From a virus, in IMG/VR virus record IMGVR_UViG_3300035670_013228, positions 96,001 through 160,000 of that record: a stretch of 64,000 bases of DNA. One strand, written 5' to 3'. Numbering within the stretch: position 1 is the stretch's first letter; every line of letters starts with the position of its first letter. Made by a program: the position numbers and the translations under genes. The notes beneath the pieces were generated by a model. That model had not been told where the DNA came from. It saw only the letters and a list, made by a program, of their open reading frames with translations, and did not search any database. Below are positions 9,838 to 19,502 of the stretch, piece by piece.

Positions 9838-10742
9838 AATATGAAAGCCTTTCTTTTTGAATCGTGTTCTATTATATCGGATAATTTAATCTTGAACAGA
9901 TCGAAATTATGGAAACGTGTGAGGTATTCTACGACAGATTGCTTTACGGGGGGATTTTTAAGATCGCTATTGATATTTCTAGCTATATTATCTATTGATG
10001 ATCTATATATCAGTGATGGTATAGATGTGGTGTCCGATGATGGTACGATAGATAAGCACCCGCAAGCTATAGAAATTAACGAGAGTAATTTATCTGATTG
10101 TAAATTAATTATGCTCTTAAACCCATTTAGATACTCACACAGTTCCGACAATGACATAGATGGTATCTGATCTATAATATCACACTTAATATGTTCGTTT
10201 TCGAGATGGTGTTTTAATTGATGTCCAACCATGTTATTGGGTATATTTAGTATTAGTATATCTTTTTCTCTTTTGTCGTACTCTATAGTAGTATTAAAAA
10301 TTTCCAACGGAATTCCGTAATTTAGTATAATACTATTATGCTGATTCCAGCTTAATGCATAGTTCTCGTCAAAAAAGATTTTTTTGGTATATTTTAATTT
10401 TTGATTGATAATAGACAGATCTTCTTTTTTGATTTGATTTTGTTTAGGACCATGTTCAAAAACAAGAGAATTTAGATGTAACTGTTTTGGTAAAACATCT
10501 TGAGCCGATTGTAACAGAGAGTTGCAAATAAATAGATCATACGAATATAGATCAATATGAGATTCTGGCAAACCCAATGCATTTTCTGAGTTCGATATAT
10601 AGTTATTATCGAAAATGTAAAAGTTATAACCTACATAAAATAGAATTTTATCAAATACAGTATTCGCTGGTCTATATATAATATTTCTTTCGGATTCTAT
10701 AATTTGATGTATAATATTACTATTAATAATATTTAGTCGCAT
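9834..10742 (-). CDS. GT-B glycosyltransferase-like protein
   Basis: YGIPLEIF, ELCEYLNGFKSII, SLISIACGCLSI: degenerate GT-B motifs. Confidence 0.5.
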   Translation of the reverse strand: MRLNIINSNIIHQIIESERNIIYRPANTVFDKILFYVGYNFYIFDNNYISNSENALGLPESHIDLYSYDLFICNSLLQSAQDVLPKQLHLNSLVFEHGPKQNQIKKEDLSIINQKLKYTKKIFFDENYALSWNQHNSIILNYGIPLEIFNTTIEYDKREKDILILNIPNNMVGHQLKHHLENEHIKCDIIDQIPSMSLSELCEYLNGFKSIINLQSDKLLSLISIACGCLSIVPSSDTTSIPSLIYRSSIDNIARNINSDLKNPPVKQSVVEYLTRFHNFDLFKIKLSDIIEHDSKRKAFIL

Positions 10743-11854
10743 ATTTTTTTACCTATTGTTTCATAACTAAATTGATTTATAGAAGAAATACCTATCTCTC
10801 TTTTTGCTTCATATGCTTTTCTATCGTTTTTGTACATAGTATAAATTTTTTGCATATTTTCTATTAGACTATAAACATTTGGCTTATACCAATATTCATA
10901 AGCATTATAAATATCAAAATCATTAGAAAGAGTTCTTTGCTTTAGCATAACTGGTTGTTTATGACTATTAATTAGAAATCCATTATTATTATCTATAAAA
11001 TCAGCCATACCTGTGTGATCGGTTACTATAGGGGTTTTGCCGAGAATTAAACCTTCTGCTGCTGGACGACAAAATGCTTCTCCGTATGAAGGCATTACTA
11101 GACAATCGCAAGTATTATGTAGACCTATTATATCTATATCGGAGAGTCTATCAGAGATTATAAACTCTTTTTTGTAATACTGTTTAATATTCATTTTCTT
11201 TTTGATCTCTGCTATGTCATCTTTGATAATAGACACAGATTGAGACTGAGAAGCTCCAGGTACGCTAGACTTAATTACTAGTACCACATTGTCTGTATCT
11301 TTAAAAGCTAGATGAAAAGCTATAATCAAATCTGCAAAATTTTTTCTCTCCACATACTCACCTATACAATAAAACTTAAAAGCTTTTTCTGGTAATCCTG
11401 AAATAGACAATTTATAGTTTGCATTATTTTTATACATGTCAATATCTATAGGTTCTGATACGACTTTGATTTTTGTTTTTACTCCAGACTTTTTTAAACA
11501 TAGTTCTTCTTGTTTGGAGGGTACGCAGATTTCGTCTATATTATTAAGATTGTGAATACAAATAGATTTGGATATATTATTAGTTTCTAATACAAACAAT
11601 CCTACATTTTTTGGTCCATTTTTGATAGGAGCTATGCAATGCGGAAGAGTTTTCTGAAAAATAATATCGTATGACGAATATATAGAGTTTTCATACTGTA
11701 TAATTTGTTGATCCGGTTCAGAAGAATTATTGATAAAGAATATCGGTCTGGCGGTTATATTGGGTATCTTGGTGGCTATGGCTTTAATATAGTCTTTGGA
11801 CGCCATACCCCACCCATCTGTTTGCCTATACGGACCTATAAATAAAGCATTCAT
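10733..11854 (-). CDS. Glycosyltransferase family 4
   Basis: ERKNF...CDCLVMPSYGEAFCRPAAEGLILGKTPIVT: GT4 signature. Confidence 0.85.
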   Translation of the reverse strand: MNALFIGPYRQTDGWGMASKDYIKAIATKIPNITARPIFFINNSSEPDQQIIQYENSIYSSYDIIFQKTLPHCIAPIKNGPKNVGLFVLETNNISKSICIHNLNNIDEICVPSKQEELCLKKSGVKTKIKVVSEPIDIDMYKNNANYKLSISGLPEKAFKFYCIGEYVERKNFADLIIAFHLAFKDTDNVVLVIKSSVPGASQSQSVSIIKDDIAEIKKKMNIKQYYKKEFIISDRLSDIDIIGLHNTCDCLVMPSYGEAFCRPAAEGLILGKTPIVTDHTGMADFIDNNNGFLINSHKQPVMLKQRTLSNDFDIYNAYEYWYKPNVYSLIENMQKIYTMYKNDRKAYEAKREIGISSINQFSYETIGKKICD

Positions 11855-13512
11855 TTGGTTTGATCCTTCATATTGGCATAGATAATAAAATCTTCTTGAG
11901 ATAATAGTTCTGGATTATCTTTCGCCTGCATGGTAATATTATGATTGTTGATTAGTGACTCGAATGTTTGTTTTACATTATCAACATTGTAAGGTTGGGT
12001 ATTCATACCATTTATAGCAAAACCATAATCAAGATCTCTTATCATATTCAATAGAATCATAGATGTTGTTATTTGATTATCGGGAACATTTTTAGATGCC
12101 CAGTCTACTATCATGTCGTATGGATTTTTATTTTTTTCTAGTTCAGTGAGTGATGTTATTTGTGGTAATTGAGTGTCCCATTTACCTTGATAATTAGTTA
12201 AGATAATATTATCTAAATAATTTTCCCATTTTTTAGCTATAATATTCCAATCATAGTGTTTTTCTACCAATGTTCTGGTTTCGTGTCTTTTTTGATTTTT
12301 AAGAATATCGGGAGAAGAAATATAGTTTTTAATGATTTCTACTAGATGATCGTTATCTGGATACACTCGGATAGCTTTGGTTTCTAGTTCTTTAAAAAAG
12401 TGCTTTACTTTTACCGGAAACCCATTAAGTTTTTGTACAACGTCAGACATGGCACTATAATCTACTGATGCCACAGGGACGCCGCAAGCAGCGGCTTCGA
12501 CTTGGGGCATACCGAATCCTTCGCATATAGCATATTGAACATATAGGTCAAAAGTATTGATAATTGTATTCAAATCCTCTTGAGATAATCCATTGCTAAC
12601 ATTCGGCATAGAAAATGAGTAATTTCCACACTTAGGACAAAATGTTACAGGATGTTGGTATAAACACGGTCTTAGAAAATTACATGCTTTACAACTGTAA
12701 GTAAATAAAACTCTATTGCCTATTTCATATTCTTTTAATAGTTGAGGAATATCCCAACCAGCATCAGGATAGCTAGTATGTAGATATAGATATATATTTT
12801 CTCCTGCTGGATTATTTGACTCTTGATAATGGCCGAGTAATTTTTTGAAAACAACGAATAGTTCTGGAATTAGTTTTCTTTTTTGGTTTCTCATTATGCT
12901 TCCAACAACAAAAGCATTTTCTAAACCCATTACTTTTCTGATCTCATCCCTATTGACTAATGGACGAAAGATTTCTAGATTTATACCCGGCGATGTTGTG
13001 TCAATGTAGTTTATTTTATTGTTGCTTTGTATACGAAGAGTATCTCTACCAAAATCTGAGTATGTAAAAATAGCATCAGCATGTAAAAAAGTATCTATCC
13101 ATTCTTCTTGCTGTGGGGCGGAGTCTACTGTTGGCATCAAAATCCAGTGGAAAAATGGTCTTAATGGAGATACTTGCTGATATGAATTCATCCAATAGTC
13201 ACGTATGTCAATAACGACATCTGGTTTAAAATCTAGTAAGACTCTTTCAAATCTCCATCTTCCGAACTGGTTCTCCATAGAACTATTGTATTGTGAATGT
13301 CTGGGATCAGAATGATCCACGGCATTAGCGTAGTATCTCCATGTTATGGAACTATCTTTTGGATCATTCACTTTTCCATAGCAAGCAAATTCTGCTATAT
13401 CGTATTTTCCAGTCGAGTGAAGTCTTGATAACAACTCTTTGGTGTATGTTCCAAAACCAGAATTAAGAAAACTGGCCTCAGAAACCATTAGTATTTTTAG
13501 TTTAGAACTCAT
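11851..13512 (-). CDS. Glycosyltransferase family 4 with internal CxxC pair
   Basis: RNQKRKLIPEL; FDLYVQYAICEGFGMPQVEAAACGVPV; CKAC...CPKC insert. Confidence 0.85.
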   Translation of the reverse strand: MSSKLKILMVSEASFLNSGFGTYTKELLSRLHSTGKYDIAEFACYGKVNDPKDSSITWRYYANAVDHSDPRHSQYNSSMENQFGRWRFERVLLDFKPDVVIDIRDYWMNSYQQVSPLRPFFHWILMPTVDSAPQQEEWIDTFLHADAIFTYSDFGRDTLRIQSNNKINYIDTTSPGINLEIFRPLVNRDEIRKVMGLENAFVVGSIMRNQKRKLIPELFVVFKKLLGHYQESNNPAGENIYLYLHTSYPDAGWDIPQLLKEYEIGNRVLFTYSCKACNFLRPCLYQHPVTFCPKCGNYSFSMPNVSNGLSQEDLNTIINTFDLYVQYAICEGFGMPQVEAAACGVPVASVDYSAMSDVVQKLNGFPVKVKHFFKELETKAIRVYPDNDHLVEIIKNYISSPDILKNQKRHETRTLVEKHYDWNIIAKKWENYLDNIILTNYQGKWDTQLPQITSLTELEKNKNPYDMIVDWASKNVPDNQITTSMILLNMIRDLDYGFAINGMNTQPYNVDNVKQTFESLINNHNITMQAKDNPELLSQEDFIIYANMKDQTK

Positions 13513-13534
13513 AATGATATTTATTGTAATTAAC

Positions 13535-13566
13535 GATCTGGCGTAAAATAAGTCTTACGCCAAATC
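13535..13566 (-). terminator. Intergenic hairpin after ssb (terminator or processing site)
   Basis: TGGCGTAA/TTACGCCA 8-bp inverted repeat at 13539-13546 and 13555-13562, extendable. The U-tract is weak. Confidence 0.45.
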
Positions 13567-13591
13567 GAAAATTACTTATTATACGAAATAA

Positions 13592-13960
13592 TTAAAAAGC
13601 TACCTTTTCCTTATCTTCTTTGTGATTCCTAGATAGCTTAGTAATCTTAGAAAAATTATTAACTCTTACCTTCAAAGAATTATGCTTAACGCCATCTTTT
13701 TCCCAGCTATCATTTCTCAATGAGCCTTCAACCAAAACCAAATCACCCTTTTTAAAGGATTCTCCTATGATTTCAGCCCCAGTATCCCAAGCTTCGCAAG
13801 GAACAAACGTTGTGATCTTATCCTTTTCTCCGTTTGCCTTTGTGTAGTCTCGTGAAACAGCAATGGTGAAGTTTACAACAGATGTTTGTTTATCTCCTGT
13901 TGTGACAGTTCTAACTTCTGGATCACGAGCCAAATTACCACGTAATATATTAATGTTCAT
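13592..13960 (-). CDS. ssb: Single-stranded DNA-binding protein
   Basis: MNINILRGNLARDPEVR...VNFTIAVSR...KKGDLVLVEGSL OB-fold pattern; AGGAG RBS upstream. Confidence 0.95.
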   Translation of the reverse strand: MNINILRGNLARDPEVRTVTTGDKQTSVVNFTIAVSRDYTKANGEKDKITTFVPCEAWDTGAEIIGESFKKGDLVLVEGSLRNDSWEKDGVKHNSLKVRVNNFSKITKLSRNHKEDKEKVAF

Positions 13961-14002
13961 TATTAATTATCTCCTAAGTTAAATAACCAAGCCTACGACA
14001 GT

Positions 14003-14031
14003 ATTATACCAAAAAGACACACAGATGTCAA
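14003..14031 (-). promoter_or_regulatory. Consensus sigma70 promoter for ssb
   Basis: TTGACA (14031-14026), 17-nt spacer, TATAAT (14008-14003). Confidence 0.85.
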
Positions 14032-15644
14032 GTTTTCGGTATAAAACACTTTTCTACTATAAATGAATCATCACCCTGTCCTTTTTTACCCTTAATAATA
14101 ATTATGTTATTGTCAAATAGAATATGTTTATATGTTCTATATGCTTCGGGGAAAAAGATAACACTATCTATAGATCCATAGCCGTCCGTTAAGCATACAA
14201 AAGCCATCTCTGCACCAGGAGATTTTCCAGACTTTGTTTTTGTTATATTTAAGCTAGAAATTTCTCCGCACACAATAAGATTATCTTTTAGTAAAATAGT
14301 TTTAAAATCTTTGCAGTTACAATTAGTCATGCTAACATCATACATATCCACTTTTGAACAAGTAATAGGACATCCTAAAACCTCATCTTCGGAATCAGCA
14401 ATCCATTCAGGATTATCATCCAGAGAATATGGTGGTTTTTTAATTGTGTCTAACATACTATTAATAGTAGTTTTTCTTTTTTGTGTTAATTTATGTTCAT
14501 GACATAGTTTATATATATACTCATATATAGTACTACATGAAGATATTTGATTTATTAGATATAATATTTCTTTGTTGGTAAGCTCGCTAACTAAACTAAA
14601 TTCAAATAACATACTTGTTCTAGTTTTTTTTGTAAAGTCAAGAGATCCCGATTTTATTAGAGCTTTAGCTGCTGTAGAATTAATATTAAGTAATATACGA
14701 AATAGAATATCGTACCAACTAGATTGGTATAGATCAATCTTATTATCTTCTACTATAGTAGATAATTTTTTATATACAGAAGATCCAAAACCTTTAATAT
14801 CTGTTAAACCAAAATATATATTTTTATCTTTTAGTATAAATAGTTCATTCATAAGACGTAAGTCTGGAACACTAACCAATATATCCATTTCTGTAGCATT
14901 TTGAACTAAAGATTTGATTTCTGCTTTAGGATCTATTTTATCTTTAGCGAATCTAAGATACGAAGCAAAGAAAACTTTAGGAAAATGAGCCTTACAATAT
15001 GCGGATAAATAGGCATTAATCGCATACGATACTGCATGACTTTTATTAAAAGAATATCTTTGGCTTTTTTCTATCCATCCAAAAATTTCCTCAGCTTCTG
15101 ATACCGAAACTATTTTTTTGTGTTTGGCCCCATCTATAAATTTATTTTTTAGTTTGGACATTTCTTCTGGTTTTTTCTTACCAATAGCTTTTCTAAGATT
15201 ATCTGCTTCTTGTAGGTCAAATCCGGCTATTTCTTTAGCTATTTCCATAGCCTGTTCCTGATAAATCATTTCACCATAGGTCTTTTTAAGTATGGATTCT
15301 AGTGCTGGATGATAATAATCTACAGATTCTTTGCCATTCTTTTTATCTATATAATGACTACTAACAGTTTTACCGTCTCTTACCGCTTCTAAGCATCCTG
15401 GTCTTAGAATGCTGATTAATGCGGATAGCTGTTCTATGTTCTGTGGTTTTAACTTTTTCGCCATTGATCGCCCTAAACGAGACTCTAATTGAAAACAACC
15501 TTTTGTGTTACCATCAGAAATAAGATTCCATGTTTTAGGACAATCTAGATTTATTTGATTGTTTATCGGATTAAAAGCAATATTTGTTTTATTTTGATCC
15601 AATAAATCAAATGAACAACCACATGAGTATGCAAATTTCTTCAT
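14028..15644 (-). CDS. dnaE: DNA polymerase III alpha, C-terminal half
   Basis: GCFQLES, SILRPG, GEMIYQEQAM, LRKAIGKK, YSFNKSHAVSY, GLTDIKGFG, OB-fold MAFVCLTD. Confidence 0.92.
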   Translation of the reverse strand: MKKFAYSCGCSFDLLDQNKTNIAFNPINNQINLDCPKTWNLISDGNTKGCFQLESRLGRSMAKKLKPQNIEQLSALISILRPGCLEAVRDGKTVSSHYIDKKNGKESVDYYHPALESILKKTYGEMIYQEQAMEIAKEIAGFDLQEADNLRKAIGKKKPEEMSKLKNKFIDGAKHKKIVSVSEAEEIFGWIEKSQRYSFNKSHAVSYAINAYLSAYCKAHFPKVFFASYLRFAKDKIDPKAEIKSLVQNATEMDILVSVPDLRLMNELFILKDKNIYFGLTDIKGFGSSVYKKLSTIVEDNKIDLYQSSWYDILFRILLNINSTAAKALIKSGSLDFTKKTRTSMLFEFSLVSELTNKEILYLINQISSCSTIYEYIYKLCHEHKLTQKRKTTINSMLDTIKKPPYSLDDNPEWIADSEDEVLGCPITCSKVDMYDVSMTNCNCKDFKTILLKDNLIVCGEISSLNITKTKSGKSPGAEMAFVCLTDGYGSIDSVIFFPEAYRTYKHILFDNNIIIIKGKKGQGDDSFIVEKCFIPKT

Positions 15645-16327
15645 CTAAAAGAATCCTTAAATTTAATGTTCTTAGAGAGTCTTCTGTGTAGTTTCATAAA
15701 TCTAATCATTATATTCGCTGTGTCTATGACATCTTTGGAAGCATCGTGAGCACCTTCCTTTGATATTCCGAAATATTCTCTTAGTGAATCTAAAGTATAA
15801 CTCTTAATATCACTATTCTGTTCAAACCAATAAAATATAAGATTAATTACATCTATAACATCTCTAGGATAAAAAAGATCTGTTTTTCCTTCTTTATTTA
15901 TGTTTTTATATTTGCTACTAAGTCTATTGATTATGGGTAAATCAAATCTATATATATTATATCCAGCAGCTATTGGTGCTGTAAACTGACTTTTTTTAGA
16001 CGATCTTGTATGGTATTTATCGAGATAGTCTGTAAACATTTTCCAAGAATGTTCTTGAGCAGGATTTGCTTTCCATTTACTTATAATATCTTCTTTTGAG
16101 CAACCATAAACCTTGGCATGAAAATCTACAACATCTGTGGTATATACGTAGTCGGAATCTTTTTCAAGAGTTTCTGGCTTAAAATAAATATTAAATTCTG
16201 AATTGGGTATAATTTCTAGATTAATGGGATCGATTATCACAGCAGCCAATTGGACAGGACTGCAAGACTCTGCATCTACGCCGTCCGTTTCAAAATCAAA
16301 AACACAAATTTTGTTATAATTGATCAT
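15641..16327 (-). CDS. DEDDh 3'-5' exonuclease (DnaQ-like)
   Basis: VFDFETDG, AGYNIYRFD, GAHDASKD. Confidence 0.9.
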   Translation of the reverse strand: MINYNKICVFDFETDGVDAESCSPVQLAAVIIDPINLEIIPNSEFNIYFKPETLEKDSDYVYTTDVVDFHAKVYGCSKEDIISKWKANPAQEHSWKMFTDYLDKYHTRSSKKSQFTAPIAAGYNIYRFDLPIINRLSSKYKNINKEGKTDLFYPRDVIDVINLIFYWFEQNSDIKSYTLDSLREYFGISKEGAHDASKDVIDTANIMIRFMKLHRRLSKNIKFKDSFR

Positions 16328-16509
16328 TCTGTTACAACTTCTACCTCTGTAATAGGAATTATGAAATGTTTTTTTGTTGAATCTGTGGCAAGAACAGCAT
16401 TGAAGAGTTTACAGCAAGATATTCTTTCGTCTTGAATTTTAATAAATTCTTTATTATCTGTTTTAAACTTGGTGCCAACCGAAATATCTGCAAATTTTTG
16501 TAGTGACAT
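16324..16509 (-). CDS. Small hypothetical protein
   Basis: 61-aa ORF filling the gap between the exonuclease and dnaE-N, overlapping the former by 4 nt. Confidence 0.65.
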   Translation of the reverse strand: MSLQKFADISVGTKFKTDNKEFIKIQDERISCCKLFNAVLATDSTKKHFIIPITEVEVVTE

Positions 16510-16511
16510 AA

Positions 16512-18359
16512 TTATTCTCCTTCTTTTAATAGATCTTGAATCGTCATAATTTTATCTAGCATTGCTACACCGAGAATATCAAATTTTATTATTCCTAATG
16601 ATTCTAGATCTTGCATCTCCATTCCAGCTATCATTTGTTCATTTTTAGAATCATAAATCATAGGACAAATATCTTTGAGTGGACTAGCGCTTATGGCTAT
16701 TCCGGCCGCATGTTTAGATTGATTCGATTTTGTTCCTTCTAGTCTAATAGCCTGCTCGAATCTTTTTGCAAGTGGACCATTTAAAGTATTATTAGAATCT
16801 ATATAACAATAATCTTTTAAGCCGTCTGCATTATTTTCTAAAGCCCATCTTATAATAGATGCTTCTCCTGTTTCTTCTTTCATTTCTTGAAGCTCATCGG
16901 CAATTTTTGCTTCATCCGGGATATTCTTAGTAATTTTATTCATTTCGTCAAAAGATATATTGCCATATACTCTAAGAACATCTTTAAGAGCACCCCTACC
17001 TTTGATAGTGTTAAAAGTTATCATTTGAGAAACCTTATCTTCTCCATACTTATTTTTAATATATTGTATGATATTTTCTCTTTTATTAATTGGTACATCC
17101 ACATCTATATCTGGCATTGATATTCTATCTTTAGTATTTCTTCCAGAATTATAAAATCTATCAAACATTAGATTATATTTAATAGGATCAATATTTGTAA
17201 TGCCGATCAAATAAGACACCAGACAACCAGCAGCACTGCCTCTACCCGGTCCTGGTAACCAATTATTAGTTTTTACATAATTCACAATATCTTGTACAAG
17301 TAGAAAATAACTAGAAAGATTGGCACCTTGCAAAACATCTAGTTCGTATTTGATACGATCAACATAAATACCCTGATCATTTTCTGGTACTGTTTTTGCT
17401 ATTTTTTGTTTCCAGCCCTTTCTACATAATTCCCTAAGATATTCAGCATCTGTATACCCTGCCGGACAACTAAAAGGAGGTAAATTAGGCTTATCTAATA
17501 TATTATATTCTTCACACATACTATCTATTAAGTTTGTATTTTCTATTTCCTCCTCAGTATGTATACTATGCATTTCTTCTTGAGATAATATATGAAAATT
17601 GTCTGATGTAAAAAAAGCAGAGAGAGGAATATCTTCGTGATTATGAATTTTTTTACTAATTTCTCCGAAAGTTGTTTTTAGATTATTACATAGTAAAATT
17701 CTTTGATCTACCGCGTCTGTTTTTCTACAGTAATGGGCATCTGGTGTGCAGACAACCTTGGTATCGGTTATTACGCCTAGTTCTCTAATGCAGTCTGTTA
17801 GGGTCTTTTGTATGGGTAAGTTTTCTTGATCCATTAGTTGGGATTCTAGAAAAAAATTATCTTTTCCAAAGATGTCCTTAAAAGAGTTAATATGTTCGAT
17901 TCCAATATTTTTCCAATCTGATACAATCTTGTCGGCAATAACAAGCTTGTCGGCAATAAAAGATCCTAAATGTCCACAGATACAGACTAGATCACCTCTA
18001 ACGTATTCTTTTAATAAGGACAAATCTAATCTTGGTTTATGATAGTAAAAATTGGGTCTGTTAGATAAAGAAACAATTTCTATTAAATTCTTCCATCCTC
18101 TGTAATTTTTGGCCAAAACCAGTAAATGGCTTAGTTTTTTATTTTCCTTAGTTTGAACAGAAGCATCGTCGGAAGCGATATATAGCTCACAGCCAATAAT
18201 AGGCTTGATGCTATTCTTCTTCATTTCTGTATAAAACTTAATAGCTCCAGAAATATTTCCATGATCTGTTAGTGCGCATGATTTTGCATTAATTTCCAAA
18301 CATCTATCGGCGATTTGATGAGGTTGAGAAAGTCCATCCAATAGTGAGTAATGAGTCAC
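16512..18359 (-). CDS. dnaE: DNA polymerase III alpha, N-terminal half (PHP + palm), lacking the first HxH motif
   Basis: HYSLLDG, ALTDHGN, PGRGSAAG, MPDIDVD, SKHAAG, KFDILG; ends in a stop. GTG start overlaps the upstream TAG. Confidence 0.92.
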   Translation of the reverse strand: MTHYSLLDGLSQPHQIADRCLEINAKSCALTDHGNISGAIKFYTEMKKNSIKPIIGCELYIASDDASVQTKENKKLSHLLVLAKNYRGWKNLIEIVSLSNRPNFYYHKPRLDLSLLKEYVRGDLVCICGHLGSFIADKLVIADKIVSDWKNIGIEHINSFKDIFGKDNFFLESQLMDQENLPIQKTLTDCIRELGVITDTKVVCTPDAHYCRKTDAVDQRILLCNNLKTTFGEISKKIHNHEDIPLSAFFTSDNFHILSQEEMHSIHTEEEIENTNLIDSMCEEYNILDKPNLPPFSCPAGYTDAEYLRELCRKGWKQKIAKTVPENDQGIYVDRIKYELDVLQGANLSSYFLLVQDIVNYVKTNNWLPGPGRGSAAGCLVSYLIGITNIDPIKYNLMFDRFYNSGRNTKDRISMPDIDVDVPINKRENIIQYIKNKYGEDKVSQMITFNTIKGRGALKDVLRVYGNISFDEMNKITKNIPDEAKIADELQEMKEETGEASIIRWALENNADGLKDYCYIDSNNTLNGPLAKRFEQAIRLEGTKSNQSKHAAGIAISASPLKDICPMIYDSKNEQMIAGMEMQDLESLGIIKFDILGVAMLDKIMTIQDLLKEGE

Positions 18360-18403
18360 TAGGAATGGACATGAAGAGGAACATACGTTCTTCTCATATC
18401 CAT
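18359..18403 (-). CDS. 14-codon micro-ORF carrying the DnaE N-terminus (MDMRRTYVPLHVHS)
   Basis: AAGGA RBS upstream of ATG 18403. Encodes the LHVHS motif that normally precedes xYSLLDG; ends in TAG TGA. Confidence 0.75.
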   Translation of the reverse strand: MDMRRTYVPLHVHS

Positions 18404-18455
18404 TATATTTTTATCCTTTCCTTTTCTAAAGATCTGTCAACTATTTATAACAAAA

Positions 18456-19502
18456 CTATTCGGCACTACCCGGAGCTTTGTACTGTCCTACATTATACCC
18501 CGGAGCTTGGTATTCGTCAACCACCACATCTATGCCCTTAACCGATATGTCGTGATGAACTTGTTCGCACATTGTCATATGTTCACCAAGTGGTGTAATC
18601 TGATTTTCTCTATATTCTATTATGGGAAGATGATTGGTATTATTAAATGTATTTTTGCCAAAATGACATAATTTTGTACATTTCCAGCTTTTGTTTAGTT
18701 CTGGATTAGTAGTATTTTTTATGGTTTCAAATTTATTCTTTAACATATTTTCAATTTTAGATATATGAGACTTGTCAAAACAGATCGAAAACATACCACC
18801 ATCATTAATAAAATATATAGACACTATAACATATTTAGCATCTGGGTATAATTTATGTACAGCATAGTAGTAGAGCATTAGTTGTGGATCTTCATGTAGT
18901 TTTGCCAAGGTTTTTTCCTGACCGGTTGCCCAATCTAATCTCTTGCCGGTTTTATAGTCTATAATTTCTAGTGTATCGTCATTGACGCGCGCTATTAGAT
19001 CCATAGTTCCTTTAATAGCTAAGTACCCATTAATTTGTCCCGTTTTAGTTTGATAATTATATTTAGCCCATTCTTTTTTTATTTCTATATCAAAATGCTG
19101 TTCTGGTTGTACAATATTTTTATTCCTAGGATCAAATATGCCATCAGAATAATTAAGGGCTTTAAAAATCCATTTTTTGCATTCATTATAGTCGGCTGCC
19201 GACCACTCATGATGATTAAATTTTGATATGTAATAATCGTATACTTTTTCTATAATTAGATTAATATCATAATTATTAATATCTATTATACCCAATATTT
19301 CTGTATCATTATAGTACTGTTGATTATTTTGATCACACAATTTTATATGTGCAAGAATTTCGAAAACTTTGTGACATATAGTACCTTTATCTGCTTTTTT
19401 GTTGGATTTAGATTTTATCCCAAGAACATATTCGAACATATATTGCATAGGACACATGGAGTGTGTTCCGTAACTGGAACTTCTTAGATATGTGATAATC
19501 AT
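18456..19502 (-). CDS. Cas4/AddB-like PD-(D/E)xK exonuclease with four-Cys cluster
   Basis: N-terminal CPMQY; KGTMDLI...EIIDYKTG...QLMLY; C-terminal CTKLC...C. Confidence 0.85.
   Translation of the reverse strand: MIITYLRSSSYGTHSMCPMQYMFEYVLGIKSKSNKKADKGTICHKVFEILAHIKLCDQNNQQYYNDTEILGIIDINNYDINLIIEKVYDYYISKFNHHEWSAADYNECKKWIFKALNYSDGIFDPRNKNIVQPEQHFDIEIKKEWAKYNYQTKTGQINGYLAIKGTMDLIARVNDDTLEIIDYKTGKRLDWATGQEKTLAKLHEDPQLMLYYYAVHKLYPDAKYVIVSIYFINDGGMFSICFDKSHISKIENMLKNKFETIKNTTNPELNKSWKCTKLCHFGKNTFNNTNHLPIIEYRENQITPLGEHMTMCEQVHHDISVKGIDVVVDEYQAPGYNVGQYKAPGSAE

Noticed and set aside
14028-18359. Split intein joining the DnaE halves
   Set aside because: No intein N- or C-terminal motifs at either break, and the FNKSH region is uninterrupted.
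18442-18449. T4-type late promoter TATAAATA upstream of dnaE-N
   Set aside because: A single AT-only match in a very AT-rich genome is expected by chance.
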